A DNA stretch of 64,000 bases from Octopus vulgaris (GCA_951406725.2 OX597822.1:87606001-87670000), one strand, 5' to 3'; counted from the first letter of the stretch, positions 11,760 through 23,991 are shown. Numbers and translations: made by a program. Notes: a model not told the origin generated them from the sequence alone.

Positions 11760-12360
11760 AAATATCAACTAGATTCTGGATTGGAGATAAGAAGTTGCCC
11801 AAAGTAGATAATCTCAATTTTCACCACAGTCTCAAGATGGCACTGAAACCTGGTGCATGCATTCCTTACTTTGGTCCAGAGAAGATTTTTGAACACCTCC
11901 TCAATCTTGGTCACTAGTTTGGCCCAGGTGTTACAGACAGAGCAGTTGGTGTCTTTCTCAACTATGCCCACTCACTGTAATTGGGGGAATTAGAAAGTCA
12001 GAAACTGGGGCTGGTGAAGTCAGGAATTCTTCATCAACCACTTTTGATTCTTTCTGGAGGTATGGCAAGGAGCCAAATCCTGCTGCCACACATATGGCTT
12101 GCTAGTGGCAAACCTCGCCAGCCAGGGATTGAAAGTTGTCTGATCTGAGCCCAAAACTATGTTCAGAGATGCAGGGTGGCATAACACCACCTACACTAGA
12201 GATACACCCTTCCTGCTGGCCATGACCTTGAAGCCTCTGTTGCAGCTGTCTGTGTCACTTCTTACAGCTTTTACAGTACTGAGCAGCAGTCACAATGTTG
12301 GCATTTTGATACCCAGTACAAATCATCATCGTACAAGTGATTTTTTTCCCAATATTTAGA
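11760..12360 (-). mobile_element. Tc1/mariner-superfamily (maT-like) transposase remnant
   Basis: Minus translation QQDLAPCHTSRKNQKWL...NSP...GIVEKDTN...VRNACTRFQCHLETVV. Confidence 0.7.
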
Positions 12361-12690
12361 TGGCTTCCAGTCCTCCATATCAGTTAACTAACAAGGAGTC
12401 ATAAAAAAATAATCAAATTTAGCCAGAATACTCTCCTCATGATGTCTTGTGACATTTGTATCTAGACTCTGTAGAAAAGTTCTTCTTTCCTAAGACTGCC
12501 TTCAATTGGAACATCCCGATCCAGATATTTAGTCTGTCTAGTAACCAGATATACTATAGATTAATCTTCCATCACATTAGCCTCTTACATGTGTCTTTAA
12601 GAAAGCCTTTTGATATAAACCATTTTTAGTCTTGTAAAAGTTGAAATGATTCATAAAATTATATGGCAGACTAAAGTTAATTCTGCTTAC

Positions 12691-12756
12691 CTCATACTTT
12701 GTCTTCACTGCAGCCATGTTATCAGAAAGACTCTCTTTACTGTTCAGCATTTCCTC
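12691..12756 (-). CDS. SPTBN5: beta-H spectrin exon, spectrin repeat
   Basis: EEMLNSKESLSDNMAAVKTKYE; tag/gtaag; 66 nt. Confidence 0.88.
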
Positions 12757-12989
12757 CTAGTTGATAAACAACATGACAAAAACAAAATCCTTATTAATTC
12801 TTACTTAGCAATATATTTAATTTATTTTTGTTAGATTATAAAATTATATAACAAGGAGAACAAGTAAGAATGATTTTTTAACACTAGAATACTATGATCT
12901 ACAAAGGAAACTACATTCACTTTAAATAAAAAGAAACAGATTTGTTAGTTGAGATAAATCTCTACAAATTTCCATTAGATCATCAATAT

Positions 12990-14810
12990 TGTTTAACATT
13001 TGTTTTCTATGCTGGCATGGGTTGTACAGTTTGACAGGAAGTGATGTACGAGAAGAATAAATCCTGCTCCAATGTGTGCTTTGTTACGAGTTCTACAGCT
13101 AGATGCCTTCCTATTACTAACATCTTTACAGAGTGTGCTGGGTGTTTTTTCACAGTACAGGCACGAGTGAGACCACTAAGTACTCGCAAGATGAGACTTT
13201 GCAACCGAGTTGGGAAGAGTATTGAAGGAGGTGAAAGGGTGATAGAAAGACAGAAATCTTACTGAAGAGGAGGTACATAACTTCGAGAGGGCGCGAGAGA
13301 AAGGCAGATATTGGTAGTGAGAGCAGACACTCAAGATACAAAGTAAATATGGGAGAGAGAGTAAGAATAGCAGAGCAAAAAAGGTAAATGCATTAGAACG
13401 TGAAAAGTGTGTGATGGATAATGATTAAAGGTAGGATTGCAGTGGATGCAGTGAATATCAGTTTGGGGGAAGTGAAAGAAATAGGTGTGGGGGGATCAAG
13501 AAAGTGGAGGAGGTGATAAGTGACAGTGATAGGGATAAATGTGAAGTGTAGGGAAATAAATGGTATAATTTACAGTGAATGAAGACTGGTGAAGGGATAG
13601 GTGGTGAAAGATGGGTTGTTGGAGAAAGCTTGACAGGACCTCAGTTTTGCTGAGATGGATGGGTTTTCTCAAGCACAGCACATTATTCAATTCGGGTCTT
13701 GGTCATTTCCTTCATGAGGCTTAACATCTTGATGTTAATCCTCACTACTTCATCCAATGTCCTTCTGGGTCTCCTTCTACAGGTTACCGAAAGTGATAAT
13801 AACTTTCTTTTTCTTCATCTGGAATCTCTACTGTTAGAAGATTCTGCATCAACTACTAATAATATCTAACTAACAGAAACTATCTACTACCTCTAAGGAT
13901 CCAGCTGGGCATTTGAATAAATCTATTTCCTGTGTATCCTTAGTGTTTCTTTCACCTTCGCATCAGCCTCACACAAAGTCTACTTTCTCTGTTAGCCTTC
14001 TTGTGATTCCACTGTACCTCTTATGTGTCCTTAGTTTGCAATTAGTACGCAGTATGCAATTTCTACCTACACCTCTTCTACATATTGAACAGGACTACTT
14101 ACCTGAAGAGATTAGTGTTCTGTCTGTTTTCCCACTTACAAGAACTTTAGTCGTTGATAAATTAGCTTTAAAGCTCTTTGAATCCAAGTCTTGCTTCTAC
14201 ACCTGAAATTTCTTTTCTAATCTTCTACAATTTCAGCTATAAGAATGGGGTAATTTTGGGCAACATATGTTATGGTCTGCAGAACTATGATAAATAGGAG
14301 GGGACTGAAAACCAAGTCCTGCTGAAATCCTACCCACACAAACTATATTCACTGCTGTACAGGTTACTTTCATGTTGCACCTTACTGACAACATGGTTTG
14401 AATAGCTCTCACCAGCCACTCACCTAATCCTAGCTTCTGCAGTGACCACCATATGAAAGAGTAAGAGACACTGTCAAAGGCTTTCTCCAGGTTGATGAAT
14501 GCCATGTACAGTGGTTGACCTTTGGCCTACTAAGAAGATAACATCAGTAGTACAAAAAGCAAACTGCATCTTATCTAGGCTAGCTCTATTCCTAATTATT
14601 TGAGCTATAACCCTTTTTGTAACTTTCTTGACTTGCTTCAGTAATTTCATCCTCTATAATTATTGCTCTCTAAGGCATCTCCTTTACTTTTGTAACAGCT
14701 GATTATAATGCTGCTACACCAATTGTTGGATTTTACACATTCCTGTACAAACATATGGGTGACTAGGCTGCATCCCATTCAATCAGATATTTTAAGCACC
14801 TCAAAGCCAG
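12990..14810 (-). mobile_element. Degraded RTE LINE
   Basis: AFINLEKAFDSV, CYKSKGDALE, terminal module near 13000; collinear with other RTE copies. Confidence 0.85.
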
Positions 14811-15152
14811 TTCCTGATGGACAAAGGACTTTCCTTGTCTTCATACCTTTAACTGTTTTGTCTATCACGTTAACAAAAATAGCTGGACCCTCCATTGGAT
14901 TCTCATTGGGATGTCTCTCTTTCTCCCATTCATTCTCCACCTTATGTAGTGGAATTAAAAAATCCATCTTACATAAAAGGCAAACAAATTCAATTGACAA
15001 TGAATCATTTCTAAACTCTGAAAAGCAATTAAAAATTTTTTTTAATGTCTTTTATATGTTTTATAAATTTAAAGCAAAAGATTTTCTCAAATCAACTTAG
15101 ATCCTATGTAGCTTTTAAATGATAAATTTCAGAAATGGAGTAATAGTGATAC

Positions 15153-15239
15153 CTTTTCATTAATCCAACCTTCAAACTCATCACACTGATTAAAGAAAGA
15201 CAGCAATCGTGCAGCATCTTCCAAAGAAGAACAGCGAGT
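15153..15239 (-). CDS. SPTBN5: beta-H spectrin exon, spectrin repeat
   Basis: TRCSSLEDAARLLSFFNQCDEFEGWINEK; cag/gtatc; 87 nt. Confidence 0.93.
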
Positions 15240-15306
15240 CTGAAAAAAATCATCACCAAACCAAATACGTCAATAAAATGAAGATAAAAACATCTAACTT
15301 GTTTTT

Positions 15307-15525
15307 AATATTATTTTCTACTCCAGGCACAAAGCCCAAAATTTTTGAGGAGGGACCAGTTGATTAGATCGACCCCAGTATGCAACTGGTACTTAATTTA
15401 TCGACCCCCGAAAGAATGAAAGGCAAAGTTGACCTCGGTGGAATTTGAACTCAGAACACAAAGATAGACGAAATGCTATCAAGCATTTCGCCTGGCATGC
15501 TAACGTTTCTGCCAGCTCGCCACCT
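15307..15525 (-). mobile_element. SINE family B
   Basis: Reverse complement similar to the 25108-25320 copy. Confidence 0.8.
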
Positions 15526-15926
15526 TTTAAAATTTGTTTTTAATATTAAGATATTTGTGAACTTTAGACCAGCTTGTACTTCATACAGTATCATATTTAT
15601 ACCACACACGCAAATCTCTCATTCTCTATCTATGCCATCTCAGCCACCATCCAAACCACACTTCTAACTTGCTAATTTTGTCCCGGAAAAAAATTGTTTG
15701 TTCTTATGCATTCTTCATATTACTGATCAGAATTTCCAGTTACTCTGGATCCCAGTTTCTTTCCCTATTTTTTGTTGTCTTTTTCACTCTTCAAATTCCT
15801 CAATCTCTTCCTATAGAGAAGGCATCTGTTTCACTTAACTTCATCATACAATACAATTTTCCAAGAGTCTTAAACATCTCCCACAGCAATGTTACTGGTG
15901 TCATGAGCCAATGATAACTGCTGGTA

Positions 15927-16148
15927 AGGTGACAAGCTGGCAGAATTGTTAGCACACGGGTCAAAATACTTAGCAGCATTCCATCCGTTTTTGAGACATT
16001 CTGAGTTCAAATTCTGAAGAAGTTGATTTTGTCTTTCATCCTTTCAGAGTTCATAAAATAAGTATCAGTTGAGCAGTGGGGTTGATGTAATTAACTTACC
16101 CAATCGACCAAGAATGCTGGCCTTGTGCCAAAATTTGAAACCAATATT
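15927..16148 (+). mobile_element. SINE family B
   Basis: aagctggcagaattgttagca...ctgagttcaaattc...ctttcatcctttc. Confidence 0.75.
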
Positions 16149-16774
16149 AACTACTGGTATTTTGTCTCAATCTTATGACAGATGACAAATGAAATGTAAA
16201 GAGATCATGCAAAAAAACAAAACAAAAAAATTACTTATTTGATCAATTTACTCTTCTTACCCAAACACTTGCATTCCTTCCCTTACCTTCATCACATTGT
16301 CTCTCTCTGCATCACCTTCAACAAAATTCCTGGCAACTCGCAATTACTACGCTACTTTGCCTCATTTATATGCTTTTGCTTTGTTTTTTTCACTTTCCAT
16401 TTCCTGTCTACATACAGTCCTTCAATGCAAGGTTGCTACACTATACAATACACCCCCATTTACATCTTCTTTAGGTGTTCAATTCTTTGAAACTTAAGGT
16501 TAATAAAAATAATCTCACCCATTTCATTAAAACCTAACAGTTAAAAAACCCAGTCTTCATGAGAGTAGAGAAAGACAATCATATAATTAGTTTTCTCTAT
16601 GGTAAATATTCCAATTAGTTTTGTGCATTATCAGCAGTAATCTGATGAGTTTCATCCAAAAGTTAATTACTGTTTTTGTAATAGTTTTTTTCTTTTTTGC
16701 AATATTTGTAATTTTTTGTTTCTTATACCAAAAACAACAATAAAAAAGGAAAGAAACAATAGTTAGGTTCTCAC

Positions 16775-16872
16775 TTGGCTTAGTTTTTGCAGTTTATTAT
16801 AGGTTGCTTGTATTTGTTTCTGTCGGCTCTCCACATTATCTTTGTCAAAATGAAGATTGGTTTTGGAACGCA
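16775..16872 (-). CDS. SPTBN5: beta-H spectrin exon, completes the SH3-interrupted repeat
   Basis: VRSKTNLHFDKDNVESRQKQIQATYNKLQKLSQ; cag/gtgag; 98 nt. Confidence 0.92.
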
Positions 16873-17652
16873 CTGGAACACAAAGAAATTAAAGTATTTT
16901 ATTATGACTTCATGTTGCTATCATCATCATCATCATTTAAAGTCCCTTTTCCATGTCGGCTGGGTTGGACTATTGTGCGTTAATAAAATAAGATTTTATA
17001 AATAGGTGCAAGGCTGGGAGATTTATAACAGAATGAAAAAAAAATAACATTGTGTTTATGATGTCTTTCTCAAAGATGTGAATCAAATGACTTTAACAAA
17101 TAATAAAATTTGAACCTCAGACTCAATTCTTTGATAACCTTTCAATTTGTTCAGAAACAATAGATACACCTCCATAAATATTTACCAAAAATATACTTTG
17201 ACATTGTATTAAATTATAAGTACCCTAGTGATTGAATTAAGTACCAGTCTGTTAAATTATAAAAACAAAAAGTCATAGGTTCAAAAACTGGCAACGGACA
17301 TGAAATTAAATTCTTTAATAATAAACATAAATTTACTTTCATTAGACTCAAAGGTGAAAGTGACTATATGATAATTTGTAAACAGAAGTATGACTGATTA
17401 CATGTGACCAACTGACCAATCATTGGTTTACTATATTTCTGATGGTACAAGTAATAACTAACACAAATGGGATAGGAGTTTCACAATACAATATTCTGCT
17501 TATTTAACATGCAGCAAAGAACTTTATTCAAAGAACATCATTGTTCTTGTCAATTTATATATCTTATGCTGATGTAAATAAGCAAAAGTTACAAGAATAT
17601 AGATACATATATGTGTACATATATACGGGCATTCATATACACACATATAAAT

Positions 17653-17682
<30 letters not shown>

Positions 17683-17683
<1 letters not shown>

Positions 17684-17995
17684 ATAAAATATTAGGGAAT
17701 AAATCCAAACTTACAGGGAAAAATCAGATTTAGGATTAAATCCAATTTTATAGTAAAATATTATAATATATTAAATTAGAGATAAAACCACTATTAGGCA
17801 AATCAAACAATGAAAAACATAAGCCAATACATAAAATTAATTAATTTATATTATTTTAAATATATATCAAAAGTATTAAAAGTTTAATAAAAGATAATGA
17901 GTAAAACACTACGATCGTTTCATGGCTGTCCAATTCATAATAATTCGAGTTATGGTTACAGTCAATCTTCAGGTAATTGAAATATTTATCTTAGC
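17683..17995 (-). mobile_element. Penelope-like terminal repeat adjacent to (TA)n, carrying a hammerhead motif
   Basis: Homologous to 7820-8290 in inverse orientation; abuts (TA)n at 17660-17682. Confidence 0.6.
17905..17977 (-). ncRNA. Putative minimal type I hammerhead ribozyme
   Basis: Minus strand: ttac-CTGAAGA-ttgactgt...acagccat-GAAA-cgatcg-TA-gtg; palindromic stem III ACGATCGT; stems I and II imperfect. Confidence 0.55.
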
Positions 17996-18086
17996 GAGGT
18001 TTATCAATTTGACACACGGATCCCTTTAGTGGGGTCCCTCAGACCAGGTTTATGATCTGAGAATAAACTTAAAAAATAATCGAACC

Positions 18087-19015
18087 ATGCTCGAATGGTG
18101 CTTTTTATGTGCCACTGGCATGGGAACCAGTCTGGCGGCACTGGCATTGACCACACTCAAATGGTGCTTTTTACATGCCGCCTGCATGGGTGCCAGTCAG
18201 GTAGTATTGGCATCAGCCACAACAACTGTTTCACTTGACTCAACAGGTCTTCTCAAGCACATATCTCCAAAGTCTCGGTTGCTTGTTATTGCCTCCGTGA
18301 GGCCCAATGTTTGCAGGTCTTGCTTCACTATACGGACAGTAATTCTACATGGTAGTGAGATGTGGGCCCTGAATGCATCGGACATGCAAATGTTAGAGAG
18401 GAATGAGGCTAGTATGTTCCACTGGATGTGTAATGTAAGTGTACATGTTTGATAGAGTGCTAGTGCTTTCAGAGAGAAGTTAGGCATAAGAAGAATTAGT
18501 TGTTGTGTACAAGAGACAAGACTGGGTTGGTTTGGTCATGTGATGTAGATGGATGCTGACATCTCCATAAAGAAGTTCGAATCTCTCAAAGTAGATGGAA
18601 CACATGGAAGAGGGAGACCCAGGAAGACATGGTACGAAGTGCTGAAAGATGACCTCAAGATACTGAACCTTTCAGGGTGCCTTGCTATACTCAAGAATTC
18701 CCATACTCCACAGTAGAAGTGTCAAGTCCACTCTGCACTCCCCCCCACTGGTGAAGAGGATTGGCCTGCAAGACCCCTGTGCCAGTGCCACATAAAAAGC
18801 ACTCATTCCAGTGTCATGTAAAAGCTCTTGTGTTGTACCACATTAAAAGCACCCAGCAAACTGTAAAATAGTAGGCATTAAGAAGGGCATCCAGCTGTAG
18901 AAACTATGCCAAATCAGACTTAGAGCCTGGTGAAGCTCTCCAGCTTGCTAGCTCTGGTCAAACCATCTATCCCAGGCTAGCATGGAAAAAACAGATGTTA
19001 AATGATGATTATGAT
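18087..19015. mobile_element. Head-to-head RTE fragments: minus-strand 3' piece (18087-18328) joined to plus-strand RT end and 3' UTR (18329-19015)
   Basis: Minus QDLQTLGLTEAITSNRD; plus RTVILHGSEMWAL...GRPRKTW and terminal module with (GAT)n-like tail. Confidence 0.8.
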
Positions 19016-19381
19016 GTAAGCATATATAGGCTTCTACAAAGTTTCCATCTACCTAATACTACTCATAAAAAATTGGTCAACCTAAAGGTATAGAAAACAT
19101 TTGTGCAGAGTGCCACACTCGGAACCACAAGCTGGTAAAGAAAATTCTTTAATTTCCCTGTCATGTCTGCATCCATAAGTATCATTTAATATCTATTTCA
19201 CCAAATGGCTTAGGTGGAACAGGGGCCTCAGAACACTATCTTTCCTTGTCTTGATTCCATGTTATTTCTTAGATTGGGAAAAACAGAATGTCTTATCAAA
19301 GGGACAGAATATAATATAAAAATTTAATCCACCACACATTTCACAATTAACACAAAACTAATTGCATTATCAATTACTCAC

Positions 19382-19583
19382 CAGATGGCGTCCTATGCAA
19401 TGGGGAAGGTGCAGCTGCTGGAGATTTTACAACTTCTTTTACTGTAACCAACTTCTTCCTTGTTTCTTGGATAACACGAGGAGCTGTTTCTTTCACATAT
19501 GTTTTGGGAACATACAGCCCTGTGCCATCAGCTTTCATTACCCACCACCATTCTTCATTGGCTTTCTTAATCAAATCAGCCAC
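19382..19583 (-). CDS. SPTBN5: beta-H spectrin exon, SH3 C-terminal half and linker
   Basis: VADLIKKANEEWWWVMKADGTGLYVPKTYVKETAPRVIQETRKKLVTVKEVVKSPAAAPSPLHRTPS; aag/gtgag; 202 nt. Confidence 0.92.
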
Positions 19584-20729
19584 CTTTGTAATTATCATGG
19601 AATACAATATACAAATGAATTAGCAAAAGAAGTCACTGTTGACAGGTTAGAAAATTAAAAGCAAAACACTTGATATTCATTACACAGCCACCAGGTGACA
19701 AAGTGACCTTAACCATAGTTAAAGTCAGAAATCAACAGACTGCCTTATGAAATAAGGCTAAGCTACAATTTTACGTCTAACTGAAATAATTCTTATTGTA
19801 TAAAAAATAATCAAGGGGTTCAACTTTTGATAAATCCTTTATATTGAACCTTTAAATCATTATTGCGTTAAAGGTTCAATTATTCATTTAATTTTTATTA
19901 AAAATATATATAAATCAGAATATATATATATTTATCATTTAAAAAATTTTTAATCCTCCAAATTTTAGTTATACTAACCTTGATACATATTTGTAAAATT
20001 GTTAATTGATTGAAAAATTCAAATTCTATTTGTTCACAAACAACTCCTCAATACGACTTAAACTTAGATAATTTAAATCTGTTCAAGAACATTTTTAAAT
20101 AAATAGCATTTTGTAAATTAAAATATTGGCCATTTGAGATTCTTGCAGCTCTCTTTTGTAATGACATCATATTCTTTCAAGAAAATAAATGCTATATTTT
20201 TATTCTACAGTAGAATGAATGTATGGAGAGGAATTAACAGAAGAAAGGAATGTATAAGAACATCCAAAGATAATACATCAATGAATCAACACCACAGATT
20301 TGCTTGTCAGTTGCTTGACCTTAATCAGTTGAGCATGTCTCTTAGGTGCTGACAAAACATGCATCTCTGACCACAAGAAGATGTAGTAGGGGAGCACCAT
20401 AGCCATGTGTTGGGAAGAATTCTTCAGAATTTGAATAATTCACCTCTGGAAACACGGGTGTTTTATTCATCATCCTTAAACAACCCTTATTCAGGGACCT
20501 TTTGAGCAGGATGGGTTACTCAACCTGAAGAAAATTCTAGTAAGGTCATGCACTGTATATCTTGATATGATATTACCATGTTGTGCACATATGGTTGTGG
20601 TGCGTGTGGCTAGTGTACCCTTAACAAACAAGTAGTCATGCTGGGTATATTGGGTTTTGTATATTTGTACCCCAGTGTCATTTTGATGGCATATGTTGCT
20701 CTCACTCAATAATCATAATGATAAAAACA

Positions 20730-21153
20730 ATAATCCTTTCTACTATAGGCACAAGGCCTAAAGCTTTGGGGGAGGGCAAAATTCAATTACATCAACTCCA
20801 GTACGTAACTGGTACTTTTTTCATTGACCCCCAAAAGGATGAAAGGCAAAGTAAACCTTGGCAGAATTTGAACTCAGAATGTAAAGGCAGACAAAATGCT
20901 GCAAAACGCTTTGCCTGGCATGCTAACAATTCTGTTATAATAATCCTTTATACAATAGGTACAAGGCCTGAAATTTGTGGGGAGGGGTAAGTTGATCACA
21001 GCAACCCCAGTACTCAACTGGTACTTACTTTATCAACTCTGGAAGGATAAAAACAAAGTTGACCTCAGTAGAATTTGAACTCAGACCACGACGGACAAAA
21101 TGCTGCTAAGCATTTTGCTTGGCATGGTAACAATTCTGTCAGCTCACTGCCTT
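20730..21153 (-). mobile_element. Two tandem SINE family B copies
   Basis: Repeated taatcctt...ataggcacaaggcct...gaatttgaactcag...gctaacaattctg. Confidence 0.8.
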
Positions 21154-21235
21154 AATAATAATAATAATAATAATAACAATGTATTCAATTTTTTTCAAGT
21201 CTAGAAATTTTCAGAATATATATTTCTATACTCAC

Positions 21236-21430
21236 TTCTCCTTTATTAATGCTGCTACCATCTTTAGGGTTTTGATAGCCAAATAATATTTTAACTTGTG
21301 GTATTTCTTTTTTTACTAAGACATCTTTATAAACTTCTTTTTCCACAACTGCTGGCTCCACGTCAGAATCGAGTTCATCAGCATCATTTTCTCCATTTTC
21401 CATGTGGCGTACAAATTTATCAGGAGATAT
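21236..21430 (-). CDS. SPTBN5: beta-H spectrin exon, acidic linker and SH3 N-terminal half
   Basis: ISPDKFVRHMENGENDADELDSDVEPAVVEKEVYKDVLVKKEIPQVKILFGYQNPKDGSSINKGE; tag/gtgag; 195 nt. Confidence 0.92.
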
Positions 21431-21982
21431 CTAAATAGTGAATAGATTACACAATAACTGAAAAGTTCAAAGCATGCCAGTTTAGTTTTACTAGCTTTAT
21501 GACTCAAAAGTAAACGGATTTCTATTCATATATGACAATTGAATGATTATGAGACTAAATTCAGGACCCAGTTTAACAGTTTCAATTTGACACACGGATC
21601 CCTTTAGTGGGGTCCACTCAGACCAGGTTTATGATCTGAGAATAAACTTTAAAAATAATCGAACCAGTTTCTGCAGACAAACCAGATTAGTCAGGCAACA
21701 AGTGACAGAGTATAATAGGTAGGGATGTGAGATCTAAAGAACAGGAATGGAAATGATGAAAGTGGGCAACAATGTCACATGTATCCAACCAGAAAAGAAA
21801 GACTGTCTGATCATACAAACCTAGAGAATTTTGATCAATATAACAAGCATGAAGTGAAAGACAAAGCAAATTACTCAGGTATAAACAGCCATTAATATGT
21901 TAAAGACATTTAAGTTTCTGCCAACCTCGTCTTTTACAATTTATTGAATCGTGTTCTATGATTGATTCTAAATAAAACTTAC

Positions 21983-22096
21983 ATTGTGTTCACTGGCAGC
22001 TTTGGTCATAAGAATAGAAAGTTCTCGAAGACGTTCAATCTCAGGACTAAAAGCATCAATTTCTTTCATAAGTCGATGGTGTCGCACCAGCAATGC
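21983..22096 (-). CDS. SPTBN5: beta-H spectrin exon, spectrin repeat
   Basis: ALLVRHHRLMKEIDAFSPEIERLRELSILMTKAASEHN; tag/gtaag; 114 nt. Confidence 0.93.
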
Positions 22097-22434
22097 CTAG
22101 AAAAGAAACTAAGATTTTTAGAGGAGACAAAATAACAAACATATGATCCATTAAAATCTTAAGATATTAACCTCTCTAATTAGTTTAACCGTTTCATAAA
22201 TCATGGCAGTGGTGATGGGTGTCATGCTATGAAGGAATCAGGTGTCTAATGATGATCAAATAAAAATCAAAGCAAGAAATTGGCAATACTAAGAATTCCA
22301 ATTTCAACTGATTAGTCCACACAACTCAAAGTCTTGTACTCTTTAGATTACACAGTTTAACAGTCTTTTAAGAATTTGACTAAAATCAAAAAAAGAAAAA
22401 CCATATAGTGCTATCATCATTTAATATTCAAGCT

Positions 22435-23000
22435 ACATACTGGAATGGATTGGACACCTTGACAGGATCCAATGGGTCCAAAGACAGTATTGCACTCCAG
22501 TTTTTGCTTTGACATGGTTTCTATGGCTGGATGCCTTTCCTAACACTAACCATTTTTACAGCATGGAATAAATGTTTGTGTTCATACTACCCAACATGCT
22601 GCTTGCAAGACTATAAAGCTGGACGGTGGGGTGGGGAACAGCTTTATGGTGGGAGATGAGAAGTTAAAGTACAAGAGAAAGGAGGGCAGTAGCCATACTG
22701 AGAAACTACAAGGCTACTGCCCATCCCTTTTCTCATACTAAAGGAGCTACATGGCTAGTGACATGCAGAAGAGTCAAAATGATCGGGGTGGGGGGGGGGG
22801 AAGAAAAGGGTGTGTGTGTGTGTGTGTGGACAGGGATTTTCAAGAGTGTATAGTCTGGGAGAAATGGGAGTTGAGAGCAGGGAGGGTGGGTAGGTAACTG
22901 CAATGATAGAGTTGAAGGGTGGATGGAAGGAGTGGCAGATAAGGGACAAGTGGAATGACCAATGATGCACGAGTTGGGGAAGGTGGAGGGATGCAGAAGA
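22435..23000 (-). mobile_element. RTE 3' UTR remnant
   Basis: ttctatggctggatgcctttcctaacactaacc terminal module followed by purine-rich (+) tract. Confidence 0.6.
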
Positions 23001-23593
23001 AATATTATTAGTTTTACAAGCTTAACTTCAAGACATTATTAGCTCATAACACCAATGTCCATTTACCCAAAGTAGGAAAACTAGCCACATCCACAGAACA
23101 GTATATTTCCATCTTTTGAAACTCTATAGCATTTCATTATCTAATATCAATATAATCTATTTCATCACATCTCCTGTATCTATTATTTCTGTGGTTAACC
23201 TATGATAACTTAGGTTAGTGAGTGAGCCTCTATGTGTAGTTACTAAATTGGCTAGAAACAACAACCAAATCTCTCTGAAATCACATTCTAGCATCTTAGA
23301 AAAAGAACTAGAATGCCTTTGATCAAGGCTCTGAAGCCGCAGAACAACAAAAATATTCTACTATTCTGTTGTGTCTGGGGAGAGTCATTTTCTTTTAGTA
23401 CCTTATTATTTAACACACTCACCGGTAAAATTTCCACTTATTTCTTATTTTTATTTTCTAAAATTTTCGTTGCGTCTTGCAACCTTTTCAATAGTCTTGA
23501 CTCTTGACATATAAAGAATCTTGCAAACCAAATCCAAAAACGAAATATATTCTACTAGAAAACAGCAAAAGATAAAATACATGTATTTGTTAC

Positions 23594-23689
23594 CTTGGCA
23601 CTAGTTTCATCACGGCCACGGTCATTGCTGCACACCACAGTCAGCTTGTCCTTCATCCAAGACTCAGCCTCATTTGCATCAGCATAAAA
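23594..23689 (-). CDS. SPTBN5: beta-H spectrin exon, spectrin repeat
   Basis: FYADANEAESWMKDKLTVVCSNDRGRDETSAK; tag/gtaac; 96 nt. Confidence 0.95.
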
Positions 23690-23787
23690 CTAAAAGTAGT
23701 GCAACAGAATAAAATTAAGAATCAGGAGATAGCAAATATGTAAGATAATTAATGCAGATGATGATACACAAAAACAAATAGTCTTAC

Positions 23788-23991
23788 TTGCTGAGCTTCT
23801 ATTGAGTCTTCCAACCAAACTCTGCGATTTCGCATCAGCTCTCTTAGTTGTTGCCATTTGTCCTCAAACTTTTTTAGTCTGTCAGTACCATCCTTTGATG
23901 GAAAAGAATATCCTGCAGATCTTAACTTAGCACCTGTTCCTAAGAGTGATTTTCCGAGCTGATCATGGACATTAACCTCAGCTTCTTGAGC
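23788..23991 (-). CDS. SPTBN5: beta-H spectrin exon, spectrin repeat
   Basis: AQEAEVNVHDQLGKSLLGTGAKLRSAGYSFPSKDGTDRLKKFEDKWQQLRELMRNRRVWLEDSIEAQQ; aag/gtaag; 204 nt. Confidence 0.92.

Noticed and set aside
19843-19880. 13-bp stem hairpin attgaacctttaa/ttaaaggttcaat
   Set aside because: Short and AT-rich; no supporting context.
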